From Candidatus Saccharimonadota bacterium (GTDB lineage Bacteria; Pseudomonadota; Gammaproteobacteria; Enterobacterales; Enterobacteriaceae), in NCBI RefSeq assembly GCF_023585745.1, contig NZ_CP097762.1, forward strand, positions 510,001-542,000: DNA of 32,000 nucleotides, written 5' to 3'. Below the pieces are notes generated by a model. The model saw only the letters and a program-made list of their open reading frames with translations. It had not been told where the DNA came from and ran no database searches. Made by a program: the position numbers and the translations under genes. This document shows, piece by piece, positions 18,158 through 29,144 of this stretch; the stretch's first letter is position 1, and each line of letters starts with the position of its first letter.

Positions 18158-20710
18158 TTATACAAAACCATTTTCACTTTCTACAGACTCAACAACGCGC
18201 TGTAACCCAACTACATGTTCATTATAATCAGTGCGAATTAACATCACCCCTTGGGTATTGCGACGAATAATATTAACTTCTGACACGCGTGTACGCACTA
18301 ATCTACCTAAATCAGTAATCATCACTATTTGATCTGATTGATTAACTTGCACTGCACCTATTACATTACCATTTCTTTCAGTAACCTTAATAGAAATTAC
18401 ACCCTGAGTAGCACGTGATTTAATTGGATATTCTGCTTGTTTAGTACGTTTTCCAAAACCATTCTGTGTTACAGTCAGAATAGAACTCTTATTTTTTGGT
18501 ATAATTAAAGATACTACACGATCACCCTTCAATAAATGGATACCCCTTACTCCAATGGCTGAACGACGCATACTACGAACTTCTGTTTCTTTAAACCGCA
18601 CAACTTTTCCATATGCAGTAAACAACATAACTTCATCTGAACCACTTGTAATATCTGCTCCAATTAATTCATCGCCATCATTAAGATTTAAAGCAATAAT
18701 TCCAACATTCCTCGGACGACTAAAATCAACCAACGGAGTTTTCTTCACTATTCCACTACTAGTCGCCATAAATACCTGATAACCTATAGTATAATGCTGA
18801 ATTGGTAATATTGCAGTAATTCTTTCATTTACATCTAAAGGTAATAAATTAATAATTGGCTTCCCTCTAGAGCCCCGACTCGCTTCAGGTAATCTATAAA
18901 CTTTCATCCAATATATACGCCCATAATTAGAAAATAATAACACAGTATCATGAGTATTAGCTATTAATAAACTGGTAACAAAATCCTCTTCTTTAATACG
19001 TGTTGCTAATTTTCCCTTTCCTCCTCTTTTTTGAGCTTCATAATCTTGTAATGGTTGATATTTAACATAACCCTGATAAGATAAAGTGACCACTACATCC
19101 TTTTGATTAATTAAATTTTCTATTTCAATACTTTCAATATTATTTCTAATTTCAGTCAAACGAACACTATTATACTCTTTTTTTATAAATAATAATTCAG
19201 CTTTAATTATATCCATAAGCCGATTTGGATTCTTTAAAATGTTAAGTAAATCTTCTATCTTTTCCAGCAAATTATTATATTCTTTCAATAATTTTTCATT
19301 TTCTAGTGTAGTCAATTTTTGTAATTTTAAATCTAAAATAGCTTGAATTTGATTTTGAGTAAAATAATATTGATTATTATGAATAGTATTACTAAATTCT
19401 ATCCATTCAGAACAAATAACATTAAAAGAAGTGGATCTCCTCATATTTAAGACATCACCCAATCTCCAAGATTCAGATTTCAAAATAGAACTTGCTGCCA
19501 TAAAATTATCAGATTTACGAACTAATTCAATAACAGAATCAATATTAAATAAAGCAACCGTTAACCCTTCCAAAATATGAACACGAGCACGAGCCTTTTT
19601 TAATTCAAACATAACGCGTCGTGTTATTACAGAGCGACGATGAGATACAAAAGCAGATAAAACATCTTTTAAAGACATTACTTTTGGTTGACCTTGATAT
19701 AAAGCTACCATATTAATACCAAAAGAAATTTGTAATGACGTTAAAGAATATAAATTATTTAATACTACTTCACTAATAGCATCACGTTTAATTTCAATAA
19801 CTATACGCATGCCATCTTTATCAGATTCATCACGTAAATTGTGTATACCGTCAAGACGTTTTGCCTTTATTAATTCAACAATCTTCTCTAATAAACGAGA
19901 CTTATTTACTTGATAAGGGATCTCATATATCACAATAGATTCTCGGCTGCTTTTTACATCAGTCTCAATTTCTGCACGCGCGCGAATATAAATTTTACCA
20001 CGACCAATACTATATGCATCTTTCAGTCCGCTACTATCATTGATAATAGCAGCAGTAGGAAAATCTGGACCAGGAATATATTTCATTAACTCTTCAATTG
20101 AAATGTCTTGATTATCTATAAAAGCCAAACATCCATTAATTACTTCAGATAAATTATGAGGAGGAATATTAGTGGCCATACCTACAGCAATTCCAGACGC
20201 ACCATTAATCAGAAGATTCGGAATTCTAGCTGGCAATACTACTGGAACCTGTTCAGTTCCGTCGTAATTTAACTCGTAATCAACAGTATTTTGATCTAAA
20301 TCTAATAACAATTCATTTGCTATTTTCGACATACGTATTTCAGTATAACGCATAGCAGCTGCTGGATCTCCATCCACTGACCCAAAGTTTCCTTGACCAT
20401 CTATTAATACATAACGCATTAAAAATGGCTGAGCCATACGTACAATAGTTTCGTATACAGCCGCATCTCCATGCGGATGATATTTACCAATAACATCACC
20501 TACAACCCTAGCAGATTTTTTGTAATTTTTATTCCAATAATTATTCAAAATCTTCATAGCAAATAAAACACGACGATGCACAGGTTTTAATCCATCTCGT
20601 ACATCTGGTAATGCACGCCCAATAATAACCGACATAGCATAATCTAAATAAGAGCGTTTTAGTTCTTCCTCTACATCAATTGATATGATTTCTTTAGCAA
20701 AATCACTCAT
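18158..20710 (-). CDS. gyrA: DNA gyrase subunit A
   Basis: Collinear with E. coli GyrA from [42 protein letters not shown] through the catalytic AAMRYTE and the C-terminal beta-pinwheel (QRGGKGK GyrA box). I place the start at the ATG 20710..20708, which aligns with E. coli MSD and has a GAGGA SD 9 nt upstream. This gives 850 aa. The track's 20743 start adds 11 non-homologous residues. Confidence 0.96.
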   Translation of the reverse strand: MSDFAKEIISIDVEEELKRSYLDYAMSVIIGRALPDVRDGLKPVHRRVLFAMKILNNYWNKNYKKSARVVGDVIGKYHPHGDAAVYETIVRMAQPFLMRYVLIDGQGNFGSVDGDPAAAMRYTEIRMSKIANELLLDLDQNTVDYELNYDGTEQVPVVLPARIPNLLINGASGIAVGMATNIPPHNLSEVINGCLAFIDNQDISIEELMKYIPGPDFPTAAIINDSSGLKDAYSIGRGKIYIRARAEIETDVKSSRESIVIYEIPYQVNKSRLLEKIVELIKAKRLDGIHNLRDESDKDGMRIVIEIKRDAISEVVLNNLYSLTSLQISFGINMVALYQGQPKVMSLKDVLSAFVSHRRSVITRRVMFELKKARARVHILEGLTVALFNIDSVIELVRKSDNFMAASSILKSESWRLGDVLNMRRSTSFNVICSEWIEFSNTIHNNQYYFTQNQIQAILDLKLQKLTTLENEKLLKEYNNLLEKIEDLLNILKNPNRLMDIIKAELLFIKKEYNSVRLTEIRNNIESIEIENLINQKDVVVTLSYQGYVKYQPLQDYEAQKRGGKGKLATRIKEEDFVTSLLIANTHDTVLLFSNYGRIYWMKVYRLPEASRGSRGKPIINLLPLDVNERITAILPIQHYTIGYQVFMATSSGIVKKTPLVDFSRPRNVGIIALNLNDGDELIGADITSGSDEVMLFTAYGKVVRFKETEVRSMRRSAIGVRGIHLLKGDRVVSLIIPKNKSSILTVTQNGFGKRTKQAEYPIKSRATQGVISIKVTERNGNVIGAVQVNQSDQIVMITDLGRLVRTRVSEVNIIRRNTQGVMLIRTDYNEHVVGLQRVVESVESENGFV

Positions 20711-20737
20711 ATACTTATATCCTCTAGTTCTATTATA

Positions 20738-20764
20738 TTTCAAATATATGTCATATATTTGAAA
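20738..20764. repeat. 27-bp palindrome (13-bp perfect arms, 1-nt centre: tttcaaatatatg t catatatttgaaa) 28-54 nt upstream of the gyrA start codon
   Basis: All 13 pairs checked around centre 20751. It includes two G:C pairs per arm. It lies in the gyrA/ubiG divergent spacer. Confidence 0.9.
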
Positions 20765-20978
20765 CTATTTATTTAGTCATAATTCAATCAGATGAACAAT
20801 TCGATCTTATCTAATTCTATGGATATCTATATAAAGAATATATAAAATATTTTATATCATATTTATATATTCAATAATTATCAATAGTTTATATACCTTG
20901 ATAAATATCAAAACAATTGATTTTTTTAAATTTAAAGTATACTTATATGAAAATACGATATTTACGAAATTTACAAAA

Positions 20979-21683
20979 ATGCAAAAAAATATAAATTATA
21001 AAGAAATTAAAAAATTTGACAAAACTGCATCTCAATGGTGGAATATCTCTGGTCCGTTTAAAACATTACATCAAATAAATTCAACACGATTCCATTATAT
21101 TGCTAAATGCAGTAATGGATTATTTGGTAAAAAAATATTAGATGTAGGATGCGGAGGGGGAATTTTAACAGAAAAACTCGCAAAATCAGGCGCAAAGGTT
21201 ACTGGATTAGATATAAGCGCTACCACCTTAGAAATAGCAAAAACGCATGCTTTACATCAAGAATTAAATATCTTGTACTTACAAGAAACAATAGAAGATC
21301 ATTCATCACACAATGTCAATACTTATGATGTAGTAACATGCATGGAAGTATTAGAACATGTACCAAACCCTCAATCAATTATCAATGCTTGTGCTAAAAT
21401 CATTAAAAAAGGTGGTTCTGTATTTTTCTCTACACTAAATCGCACTATTAAATCATGGTTGCTAGTTATAATAATCTCTGAGTATTTATTAAACTTACTA
21501 CCAAAGGGCACTCATAATTTCAATAAATTCATTACTCCCGCTGAATTACTAACATGGATAGATGCAACAACATTAGAAGAACAAAACATCATAGGTTTAT
21601 ACTATAACCCTTTAACTAAAAAATGTATACTAACGAGAAACATTAATACAAATTATATACTACACACTCAACGTAAAAAATAA
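20979..21683 (+). CDS. ubiG: Bifunctional 3-demethylubiquinone-9 3-O-methyltransferase / 2-polyprenyl-6-hydroxyphenol methylase
   Basis: Motifs: E..KF...AS.WW...G.FK.LH.IN..R..YI, SAM motif GKKILDVGCGGGIL.E, YDVVTCME.LEHVP.PQS.I.AC, GG.VFFSTLNR..KSWL, PKGTH...KFI.PAELL.W, and C-terminal NY.LHTQ.K. I prefer the ATG at 20979 (MQKNINYKEIKKF.., 234 aa versus E. coli 240 aa). The track ORF begins at an upstream TTG (20898) that adds 27 low-complexity residues. Confidence 0.92.
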   Translation: MQKNINYKEIKKFDKTASQWWNISGPFKTLHQINSTRFHYIAKCSNGLFGKKILDVGCGGGILTEKLAKSGAKVTGLDISATTLEIAKTHALHQELNILYLQETIEDHSSHNVNTYDVVTCMEVLEHVPNPQSIINACAKIIKKGGSVFFSTLNRTIKSWLLVIIISEYLLNLLPKGTHNFNKFITPAELLTWIDATTLEEQNIIGLYYNPLTKKCILTRNINTNYILHTQRKK

Positions 21684-22133
21684 ATACCTTTATACAAAAC
21701 AAAAACGTTTCATAAAAATCTATTTATTACAATAATGAATAAATTATATTATAATTATCTTTAAATAAATTTAAACATCTGTTGTTGTTATTACACTAAT
21801 TATAGATATTGTTTATTGACTATAATGATATATAAACTGTACTATGCTCGGTTATATTCAACAACATAAATAAAATACATCAAATTATGTTATGTAATTA
21901 CAACTTTCAAAATAAATCAAATGTGATTTTGTTACAAAAACATATATTTTGCGTTTAAACATATATAAAACAATATCTTATAAAAGATAAGATAATTCTG
22001 TTTATTAAATTAAAAATAAAGAAAATGTCATGATCATTTTATTTATAAATTAAATATTTTATGCGATAACTTATTCATTATAAAATTATAATAACTAATA
22101 TTATTATTACATTATAAACAGGTATAAAACCAT

Positions 22134-24431
22134 ATGCACCAAACTTTACTAGTTACTAAACGTAATGGACAACAAGAACCTATTAATCTTGAAAAGATTC
22201 ATAAAGTTATAAACTGGGCTGCACAAGGCCTCGAAAAAATTTCTGTTTCACAAGTAGAATTACGTTCTCATATACAATTTTATAATGGAATAAAAACTGC
22301 TGATATTCAAGAAACTATTATAAAAGCAGCAGCAGATTTAATTTCTGAGGAAGAACCAGATTATCAATACTTAGCAGCACGGTTAGCAGTATTTCATTTA
22401 CGTAAAAAAGCTTACGGTGAATTTGAACCTCCAAAACTTTATGATCATGTGTTACGATTAGTGAAAATTGGTAAATATGACAAAAAACTACTAGATGATT
22501 ATAATGAAAAGGAATTTATACAAATGAACACATTTATCGATCATTGGAGAGACATGAATTTTTCTTACGCCGCTATAAAACAATTAGAAGGAAAATATTT
22601 AGTACAAAATAGAATAACTGGAGAAATTTACGAAAGTGCTCAATTCCTATATATTCTAACCGCAGCATGTCTATTCTCTAAATACCCAAAAAAAACTAGA
22701 ATGAATTATGTTAAACAATTTTATGACGCAATTTCAACTTTTAAGATATCTTTAGCAACACCTATCATGTCGGGAGTACGTACACCAACAAGACAATTCA
22801 GTTCCTGTGTTCTAATAGAGTGCGATGATAATCTTGATTCTATCAATGCAACATCTAGTGCCATTGTCAAATACGTTGCGCAACGCGCTGGAATTGGTAT
22901 TAATGCCGGAAGAATAAGAGCTTTAGGAAGTCCCATACGTAATGGAGAAGCATTTCATACTGGCTGTATTCCATTTTATAAACATTTTCAAACGGCGGTA
23001 AAATCATGCTCTCAAGGGGGAGTACGCGGCGGAGCTGCTACACTATTTTACCCAATTTGGCATTTAGAAATAGAAAATTTACTCGTATTAAAAAATAACC
23101 GAGGCATTGAATCTAACAGAATACGCCATTTAGATTATGGCGTACAAATTAATAAATTAATGTACCAACGCCTTATTACAGGAAAATACATTACATTATT
23201 TAGTCCATCTGATGTACCTGGGTTATATGAATCTTTTTTTTCTAACCAAATTGAATTTGAACGATTATATAATATTTATGAAAAAAACCATGAAATTAGA
23301 CATAAAAAAATTAAAGCAATAGACCTGTTTTCTTTAATGATGCAAGAACGTGCTTCTACCGGCAGAATTTATATTCAACATACCGACCACTGTAATACAC
23401 ACAGTCCATTTAATAGTATCACTACTCCAATTAAACAATCTAATTTGTGTTTAGAAATCACCTTACCTACTAAACCTTTAAATAACATTAACGATCAAAA
23501 TGGTGAAATCGCTTTATGTACATTGTCTGCTTTTAATCTAGGAAATATTGAAAATCTCAATGATTTATCTGAATTATCCAACTTATTAGTACGCGCTCTT
23601 GATGCGCTATTAGATTACCAAGATTATCCTGTACCAGCGGCACAACGCAGCGCAATACAAAGACGCTCTCTAGGCATTGGAGTAATAAATTATGCATATT
23701 ATCTGGCTAAAAATGGAGTACGTTACTCAGACGGTAGCGCTAATATATTAACACATCGTACTTTTGAAGCTATACAATACTATTTACTAACAGCATCTAA
23801 TAATTTAGCTAAAGAAAAAGGCCCATGCGCATGGTTTCATGATACTTTATATGCAAAAGGTATATTACCTATTGATACATATAAAAAAGATCTTAATGAT
23901 TTTATTAACGAACCACTACGCTACAATTGGGAAGATTTACGCGCTAACATTAAACAGTATGGCCTAAGAAATTCTACATTATCTGCATTGATGCCATCAG
24001 AAACTTCATCGCAAATCTCTAATGCCACAAATGGAATAGAGCCTCCAAGAGGATTCATCAGCATAAAAGCATCAAAAGATGGCATTTTAAAACAAGTAGT
24101 TCCAGACTTTGGTAAACTAAAGTCTGCTTATGAACTACTGTGGCAAATACCAAACAATCGTGGTTATCTGCAATTAGTAGGAATCATGCAAAAATTTATT
24201 GATCAATCTATTTCAACTAACATTAATTATGACCCATCTCGTTTTTTTAAATCACAAGTTCCTATGAGACAATTGCTTGCAGACTTACTATACGCTTATA
24301 AAATTGGTATAAAAACTTTATATTATCATAATACTCGTGATGGAACTCAAGAACAACAACAAAAAATATTGCCACAACAACAATTCTCCAATCAATCGAA
24401 CATTTGTGCCAGCGATGCTTGTATAATATGA
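22134..24431 (+). CDS. nrdA: Class Ia ribonucleoside-diphosphate reductase, alpha subunit
   Basis: 765 aa, very strongly collinear with E. coli NrdA. ATP-cone LLVTKRNG..E.INL.KIH.V..WA. Active-site regions PIMSGVRTPTRQFSSCVLIE, SNLCLEI, ALMPSETSSQISNATNGIEPPRG. C-terminal redox pair C-x4-C (CASDAC). Confidence 0.98.
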   Translation: MHQTLLVTKRNGQQEPINLEKIHKVINWAAQGLEKISVSQVELRSHIQFYNGIKTADIQETIIKAAADLISEEEPDYQYLAARLAVFHLRKKAYGEFEPPKLYDHVLRLVKIGKYDKKLLDDYNEKEFIQMNTFIDHWRDMNFSYAAIKQLEGKYLVQNRITGEIYESAQFLYILTAACLFSKYPKKTRMNYVKQFYDAISTFKISLATPIMSGVRTPTRQFSSCVLIECDDNLDSINATSSAIVKYVAQRAGIGINAGRIRALGSPIRNGEAFHTGCIPFYKHFQTAVKSCSQGGVRGGAATLFYPIWHLEIENLLVLKNNRGIESNRIRHLDYGVQINKLMYQRLITGKYITLFSPSDVPGLYESFFSNQIEFERLYNIYEKNHEIRHKKIKAIDLFSLMMQERASTGRIYIQHTDHCNTHSPFNSITTPIKQSNLCLEITLPTKPLNNINDQNGEIALCTLSAFNLGNIENLNDLSELSNLLVRALDALLDYQDYPVPAAQRSAIQRRSLGIGVINYAYYLAKNGVRYSDGSANILTHRTFEAIQYYLLTASNNLAKEKGPCAWFHDTLYAKGILPIDTYKKDLNDFINEPLRYNWEDLRANIKQYGLRNSTLSALMPSETSSQISNATNGIEPPRGFISIKASKDGILKQVVPDFGKLKSAYELLWQIPNNRGYLQLVGIMQKFIDQSISTNINYDPSRFFKSQVPMRQLLADLLYAYKIGIKTLYYHNTRDGTQEQQQKILPQQQFSNQSNICASDACII

Positions 24432-24503
24432 AACTATATGATGATATATTACTTAAAATAAGTACTTGCGCGCAATGTATTTAATTTATAAAAAGGAATA
24501 CAT

Positions 24504-25634
24504 ATGATTTATACTACTTTTTCTCAAAACAAAAACAATCAGCTTCTTGAACCAATGTTTTTAGGCCAATCAGTAAATATTGCGCGGTTTGATCAACAAA
24601 AATATATTATTTTTGAAAAATTAATAGAAAAACAACTCTCTTTCTTTTGGAGACCAGAAGAAATAGATATTTCTAAAGATCGAATAGACTATCAATCACT
24701 ACCAGAACATGAAAAACATATATTCATCAGTAATTTAAAATATCAAACATTATTAGATTCAATACAAGGACGTAGCCCTAATATAGCCTTACTCCCATTA
24801 ATTTCTATACCAGAACTAGAAACTTGGGTAGAAACATGGTCATTTTTCGAAACTATTCATTCTCGTTCTTATACACATATAATTCGTAATATTGTTGCTA
24901 ACCCCTCTTTAATATTTGATGATATCATCACAAATAAAGAAATTTTAAAAAGAGCGCAAGATATATCTGCGTACTATGATAATTTAATTGAATACACTAA
25001 CTACTATCACACAGTAGGATCTGGTACACATAAAATTAATAACAAATTCATTAAAATCAATTTATCTGATCTTAAAAAGAAATTATATTTATGTTTAATT
25101 AGTGTAAACGTTTTAGAAGCAATTCGTTTTTACGTAAGCTTTGCCTGTTCTTTTGCATTTGCCGAACGTGAATTAATGGAAGGAAATGCTAAAATCATAC
25201 GACTTATAGCACGTGATGAATATTTACATTTGACTGCTACCCAACATATGCTTAATTTAATACATGCAGGAAAAGACGATCCAGAAATGACTGAAATTAG
25301 CAAAACATGCAAAGAAGAAAGCTATAAGATATTTTTGATGGCTGCAGAACAAGAAAAAGATTGGGCGAAATACTTATTTAAAAATGGTTCTATGATCGGT
25401 TTAAACAGAGAAATATTGTGCCAATATATCGAATATATCACTAATATGCGTATGCAAGCGATTGGTTTAAATATGCCTTTTAACACTAGATCTAATGTTA
25501 TTCCTTGGATTAATTCTTGGCTATCCTCAGATAACGTACAAGTAGCTCCCCAAGAAGTAGAATCAAGTTCCTATTTAGTTGGACAAATTGATACTAAAAT
25601 GAACGATAATGAATTTGACAATTTTCAATTGTAA
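24504..25634 (+). CDS. nrdB: Class Ia ribonucleoside-diphosphate reductase, beta subunit (di-iron/tyrosyl radical)
   Basis: 376 aa, the same length as E. coli NrdB. Long identical runs: [118 protein letters not shown], and C-terminal SSYLVGQID......NFQL. AAGGAA SD upstream. Confidence 0.98.
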   Translation: MIYTTFSQNKNNQLLEPMFLGQSVNIARFDQQKYIIFEKLIEKQLSFFWRPEEIDISKDRIDYQSLPEHEKHIFISNLKYQTLLDSIQGRSPNIALLPLISIPELETWVETWSFFETIHSRSYTHIIRNIVANPSLIFDDIITNKEILKRAQDISAYYDNLIEYTNYYHTVGSGTHKINNKFIKINLSDLKKKLYLCLISVNVLEAIRFYVSFACSFAFAERELMEGNAKIIRLIARDEYLHLTATQHMLNLIHAGKDDPEMTEISKTCKEESYKIFLMAAEQEKDWAKYLFKNGSMIGLNREILCQYIEYITNMRMQAIGLNMPFNTRSNVIPWINSWLSSDNVQVAPQEVESSSYLVGQIDTKMNDNEFDNFQL

Positions 25635-25902
25635 AATAATATTTTCTGATAAACAGCGCTCTTTAAACATAAAATTTACACATAATAGTCCACATTATTC
25701 TACTTTATTAGAAGCATTAGAATGGAATAACATACCAACAAACTATCAATGTAAATCAGGTTACTGCGGAGTTTGTCGTATTTTCCTAATACACGGACAA
25801 ATAAAATATAAACAAGAACCTTTAGGTTATATTAGCCCTAAAGAAATTCTAAGTTGCTGTTGTATACCTGTAAATAACCTAATTATAAAATTAAAAGCAT
25901 AA
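25609..25902 (+). CDS. yfaE: 2Fe-2S ferredoxin YfaE (maintenance of the NrdB diferric-tyrosyl cofactor)
   Basis: 97 aa. LLEALE......[12 protein letters not shown] and EIL.CCC supply the four Cys ligands in the E. coli YfaE pattern. Located directly after nrdB as in E. coli. The ATG at 25609 lies 26 nt inside nrdB and gives about 11 extra N-terminal residues versus E. coli, so the exact start is uncertain (TTG at 25615 is an alternative). Confidence 0.82.
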   Translation: MNLTIFNCKIIFSDKQRSLNIKFTHNSPHYSTLLEALEWNNIPTNYQCKSGYCGVCRIFLIHGQIKYKQEPLGYISPKEILSCCCIPVNNLIIKLKA

Positions 25903-26024
25903 AATAATAAAATTATCAATCCATTCTTCTATATATTTAACACTATAGTTAATTACTCTAATGCACACTAATTAACACAATATATCTAACAACTCAACTA
26001 ACTAACAAATACATATAAATTGTT

Positions 26025-27530
26025 CTAAAAATATATTAAATGTATTAAATTAATAATTGGTTGCGGATAAAACCCAAAAAACAGTATACATACAGTTATA
26101 ATGATCACTGCTATACCTACTACGCTAGTTATCCAATTTTTTTGAGACAATACAGAAATATTGCAATTATTATTAATAAACATACTTTTTACAGGCGCTA
26201 AGTATAGGTTTATTATTATTCTTAAATAATAAAATATACCAATAACACTATTTATAGCTACAAAAACAGTAAACCACCATAATTTACTGTATATTCCAGA
26301 CATAAATATGTAAAATTTACCAATGAAACCTAATGTCATAGGAAAACCAGATAAAGATAACATTGTTATTGTCAATAATATTGACAATATAGGATTTTTC
26401 CAAAAAAGACCACGATAAACACATAAATCATATACACTATTTTTAGTAAAATTACTTTTATAAATAACAGAAAATATGGAAATAATACCGAAAACCCCTG
26501 TAATAGATAACACGTAACTAATCAAATATATTCCAAGAGCTTCTGCAGTAATTAAATCAAATTTAAATTTCATTGCCGAAATAATTCCAATCATCATGTA
26601 ACCTATCTGAGCAATAACAGAATAAGCAAGAAATCTCTTGATATTGCATTGCCCAATAGACATCAAATTCCCAAATAATACAGAACAACATGCTGATCCA
26701 GATAAAAATACATATAATATATTTTGATATTGATCAGGAAAAATCATAAATAAACGAATTAAAATTGATAAAATAGCTATTTTGACACTAGTAGTTAAAT
26801 ACAATGCGACAGAAGACGATGACCCCTGATATATATCAGGGACCCAAAAATGAAATGGTACCAATGATAACTTAAATCCAAATCCAACCATCAACATACT
26901 TAATCCTATTAAATATATAGGTTGATATGCAATAAAATATTGCGAGTGTACAATATTACTAATACCTAAAAAAGATAAACAATTAGAAACAGTATATATT
27001 AAAGCTATCCCAAACAACATAAACGACGTAGATATCCCAGATAAAATTATATATTTAATACTTGCTTCTAAAGAAAATTTTTTAAAATAAGAATAACCAA
27101 TTAATCCAAATAAAGGCAAAGAAATTAATTCAATCCCCAAAAATAAAATAACTAAATGATTTGCAGAAATTAATAAAATTCCACCAATATTTGAAATTAA
27201 TAATAATAACAAAAACTCATCACGAACATTTGGATGATTTAATAAATAATTATAAGACAATATAACACTAACTATACTAGATAGTAATATCAATATCCCA
27301 TAAAATATAGTTGTATTATCTACATATATTAATTCTAAAACATTCCTAGTATTTTGGTGCCAAATTAACCAAAAAGATACAACAGATAAACTTAGACCAA
27401 AAATTGTCAAAAATGTATGAAACAACAAATTTCTCTTGTATATTGAAATAAATAACATGATAACAATAGTAGTTATTCCAACAACCATTACAGGTAACAG
27501 CACTATACCTGTTTCTAACATCATAATCAT
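26025..27530 (-). CDS. nuoN: NADH-quinone oxidoreductase subunit N
   Basis: 501 aa polytopic membrane protein. Motifs: [52 protein letters not shown]...[31 protein letters not shown], and C-terminal YPQP.I. The N-terminus aligns residue for residue with E. coli NuoN. Confidence 0.95.
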   Translation of the reverse strand: MIMMLETGIVLLPVMVVGITTIVIMLFISIYKRNLLFHTFLTIFGLSLSVVSFWLIWHQNTRNVLELIYVDNTTIFYGILILLSSIVSVILSYNYLLNHPNVRDEFLLLLLISNIGGILLISANHLVILFLGIELISLPLFGLIGYSYFKKFSLEASIKYIILSGISTSFMLFGIALIYTVSNCLSFLGISNIVHSQYFIAYQPIYLIGLSMLMVGFGFKLSLVPFHFWVPDIYQGSSSSVALYLTTSVKIAILSILIRLFMIFPDQYQNILYVFLSGSACCSVLFGNLMSIGQCNIKRFLAYSVIAQIGYMMIGIISAMKFKFDLITAEALGIYLISYVLSITGVFGIISIFSVIYKSNFTKNSVYDLCVYRGLFWKNPILSILLTITMLSLSGFPMTLGFIGKFYIFMSGIYSKLWWFTVFVAINSVIGIFYYLRIIINLYLAPVKSMFINNNCNISVLSQKNWITSVVGIAVIIITVCILFFGFYPQPIINLIHLIYF

Positions 27531-27564
27531 GACGAAATATAACCTAATTGGGAATAAATAATCT

Positions 27565-29097
27565 CTATTTTTTCAACCAAATATTAAGATATTTCATAGA
27601 TTCATGTGAAATATCTAAAATATATTTTGGAAAAAATCCAATAAAAAAAATGCTTATTAATAAAAAAATAGCAATCAATTTTTCTCTAAATTCCATATGT
27701 TTTAAACCGATAAAACTCACATCTCTAGGATTAGAGATATAAAAAATCCCATAAAATATACGTTGCATTAAAAGTAAAGAATATATAGATGAAAATACTA
27801 TCCCAAAACAAACTATTATTGTAATAATAGGACTTACCCGAAAATTACTACACAAAACAGTAACTTCCCCAACAAAATTCCCAGTCCCTGGTAATCCTAA
27901 TGTTGCTAAAATAAAACATAAAAAAAATGCTGGAAAACAACTCATTTTATTCCATAATCCTCCCATAAAACGCATATCTCTAGTGTGTAGACGCTCATAT
28001 AATTGTCCGCATAATATAAACATTCCAGATGCAGATAAACTATAGGAAACCATCAGTATTACTGATCCCTGATAAGACATCTCCAGACCACTATAAATAG
28101 CAATTAGTAAAAACCCCATATGAGATATACTAGAATATGCAATTAAACGCTTAATATCAGTTTGCGCACAAGCCATATAAGCTCCATAAAAAATATTTAA
28201 CACACCTAAAAACATAGCAATCGGAGTAAAAGACTGTGAAGCATATGGAAATAATGGTAACACAAATCTAAATAAGCCATACGCTGATATTTTTAATAAC
28301 ATTCCTACTAAATCTACGGATCCAGCGGTTGGTGCATAACAATGCATATCCGGCAACCAACCATGAAATGGAACTATGGGCATTTTTACTGCAAAAGCTA
28401 AAAAAAAACCCAACATTAATAAATACTCTACATTTCTCGGCAAAACTATGTGCAATAAGTCTTGATAATTAAAAGACCAAATACCATTCATTCTATAATT
28501 TATAGAAGCAAGTGTAATAATAGAAATTAACATTAATAATCCACTACACTGAGCATAAATAAAAAATTTAACAGCAGTATTAATACGCACATTACTATCT
28601 ATATCATTATGTCCCCATAACGATACTAAAAAATACATTGGAATTATTATCATTTCCCAGAAAAAAAAGAATAAAAACATATCAACTGATAAAAATACAC
28701 CAATTACTCCTCCTATTATCCACAATAAATTACAATAAAATAAACCCTGATCATGTTTAATTTCATTCCAAGAACATAAAACAGCCATGCATCCTATAAA
28801 TCCAGATAACATAATCATCAACGCAGAAAGCCCATCTAATGCTATATGCAAACTAATACCAAACCTTGGTATCCACGGATAAGAATATTCTAATTTCCAT
28901 TTCGGAAAATTCGTGTATATATTGGTAACACTAGATGCATCATCCCAATGCAATCGCCATAGAAATATAATAAATAATAATATTATACCTGAGCTAAACA
29001 AAGCTATCCAACGCGGTAGCCAACAGGCGACGCGCTCTGTTCGCCAACATAAAACACTACAAATAAAAGGAATAAGTATTAAGATAATTAAAAACAT
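27565..29097 (-). CDS. nuoM: NADH-quinone oxidoreductase subunit M
   Basis: 510 aa versus 509 in E. coli. Motifs: LILIPFI...[38 protein letters not shown]...[94 protein letters not shown]. Confidence 0.96.
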   Translation of the reverse strand: MFLIILILIPFICSVLCWRTERVACWLPRWIALFSSGIILLFIIFLWRLHWDDASSVTNIYTNFPKWKLEYSYPWIPRFGISLHIALDGLSALMIMLSGFIGCMAVLCSWNEIKHDQGLFYCNLLWIIGGVIGVFLSVDMFLFFFFWEMIIIPMYFLVSLWGHNDIDSNVRINTAVKFFIYAQCSGLLMLISIITLASINYRMNGIWSFNYQDLLHIVLPRNVEYLLMLGFFLAFAVKMPIVPFHGWLPDMHCYAPTAGSVDLVGMLLKISAYGLFRFVLPLFPYASQSFTPIAMFLGVLNIFYGAYMACAQTDIKRLIAYSSISHMGFLLIAIYSGLEMSYQGSVILMVSYSLSASGMFILCGQLYERLHTRDMRFMGGLWNKMSCFPAFFLCFILATLGLPGTGNFVGEVTVLCSNFRVSPIITIIVCFGIVFSSIYSLLLMQRIFYGIFYISNPRDVSFIGLKHMEFREKLIAIFLLISIFFIGFFPKYILDISHESMKYLNIWLKK

Positions 29098-29144
29098 TAT
29101 GATTTATTCATCTCTTTAAATATGTCAATTACTATGTAATATAT

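Noticed and set aside
20711-20743. N-terminal extensions in the track ORFs for gyrA (start 20743), ubiG (TTG start 20898, region 20898..20978) and nuoL (start 31082, region 31044..31082).
   Set aside because: The extensions have no counterpart in the E. coli orthologues. The internal ATGs align exactly with the orthologous N-termini. They also have better translation signals: a GAGGA SD for gyrA and an ATGA stop-start overlap with nuoK for nuoL.
28716-28724. Perfect DnaA-box consensus TTATCCACA.
   Set aside because: It is a single copy, inside the nuoM coding sequence, with no cluster and no adjacent A/T-rich unwinding element organisation. My rough expectation for one chance occurrence in a window of this size and composition is about 0.3.
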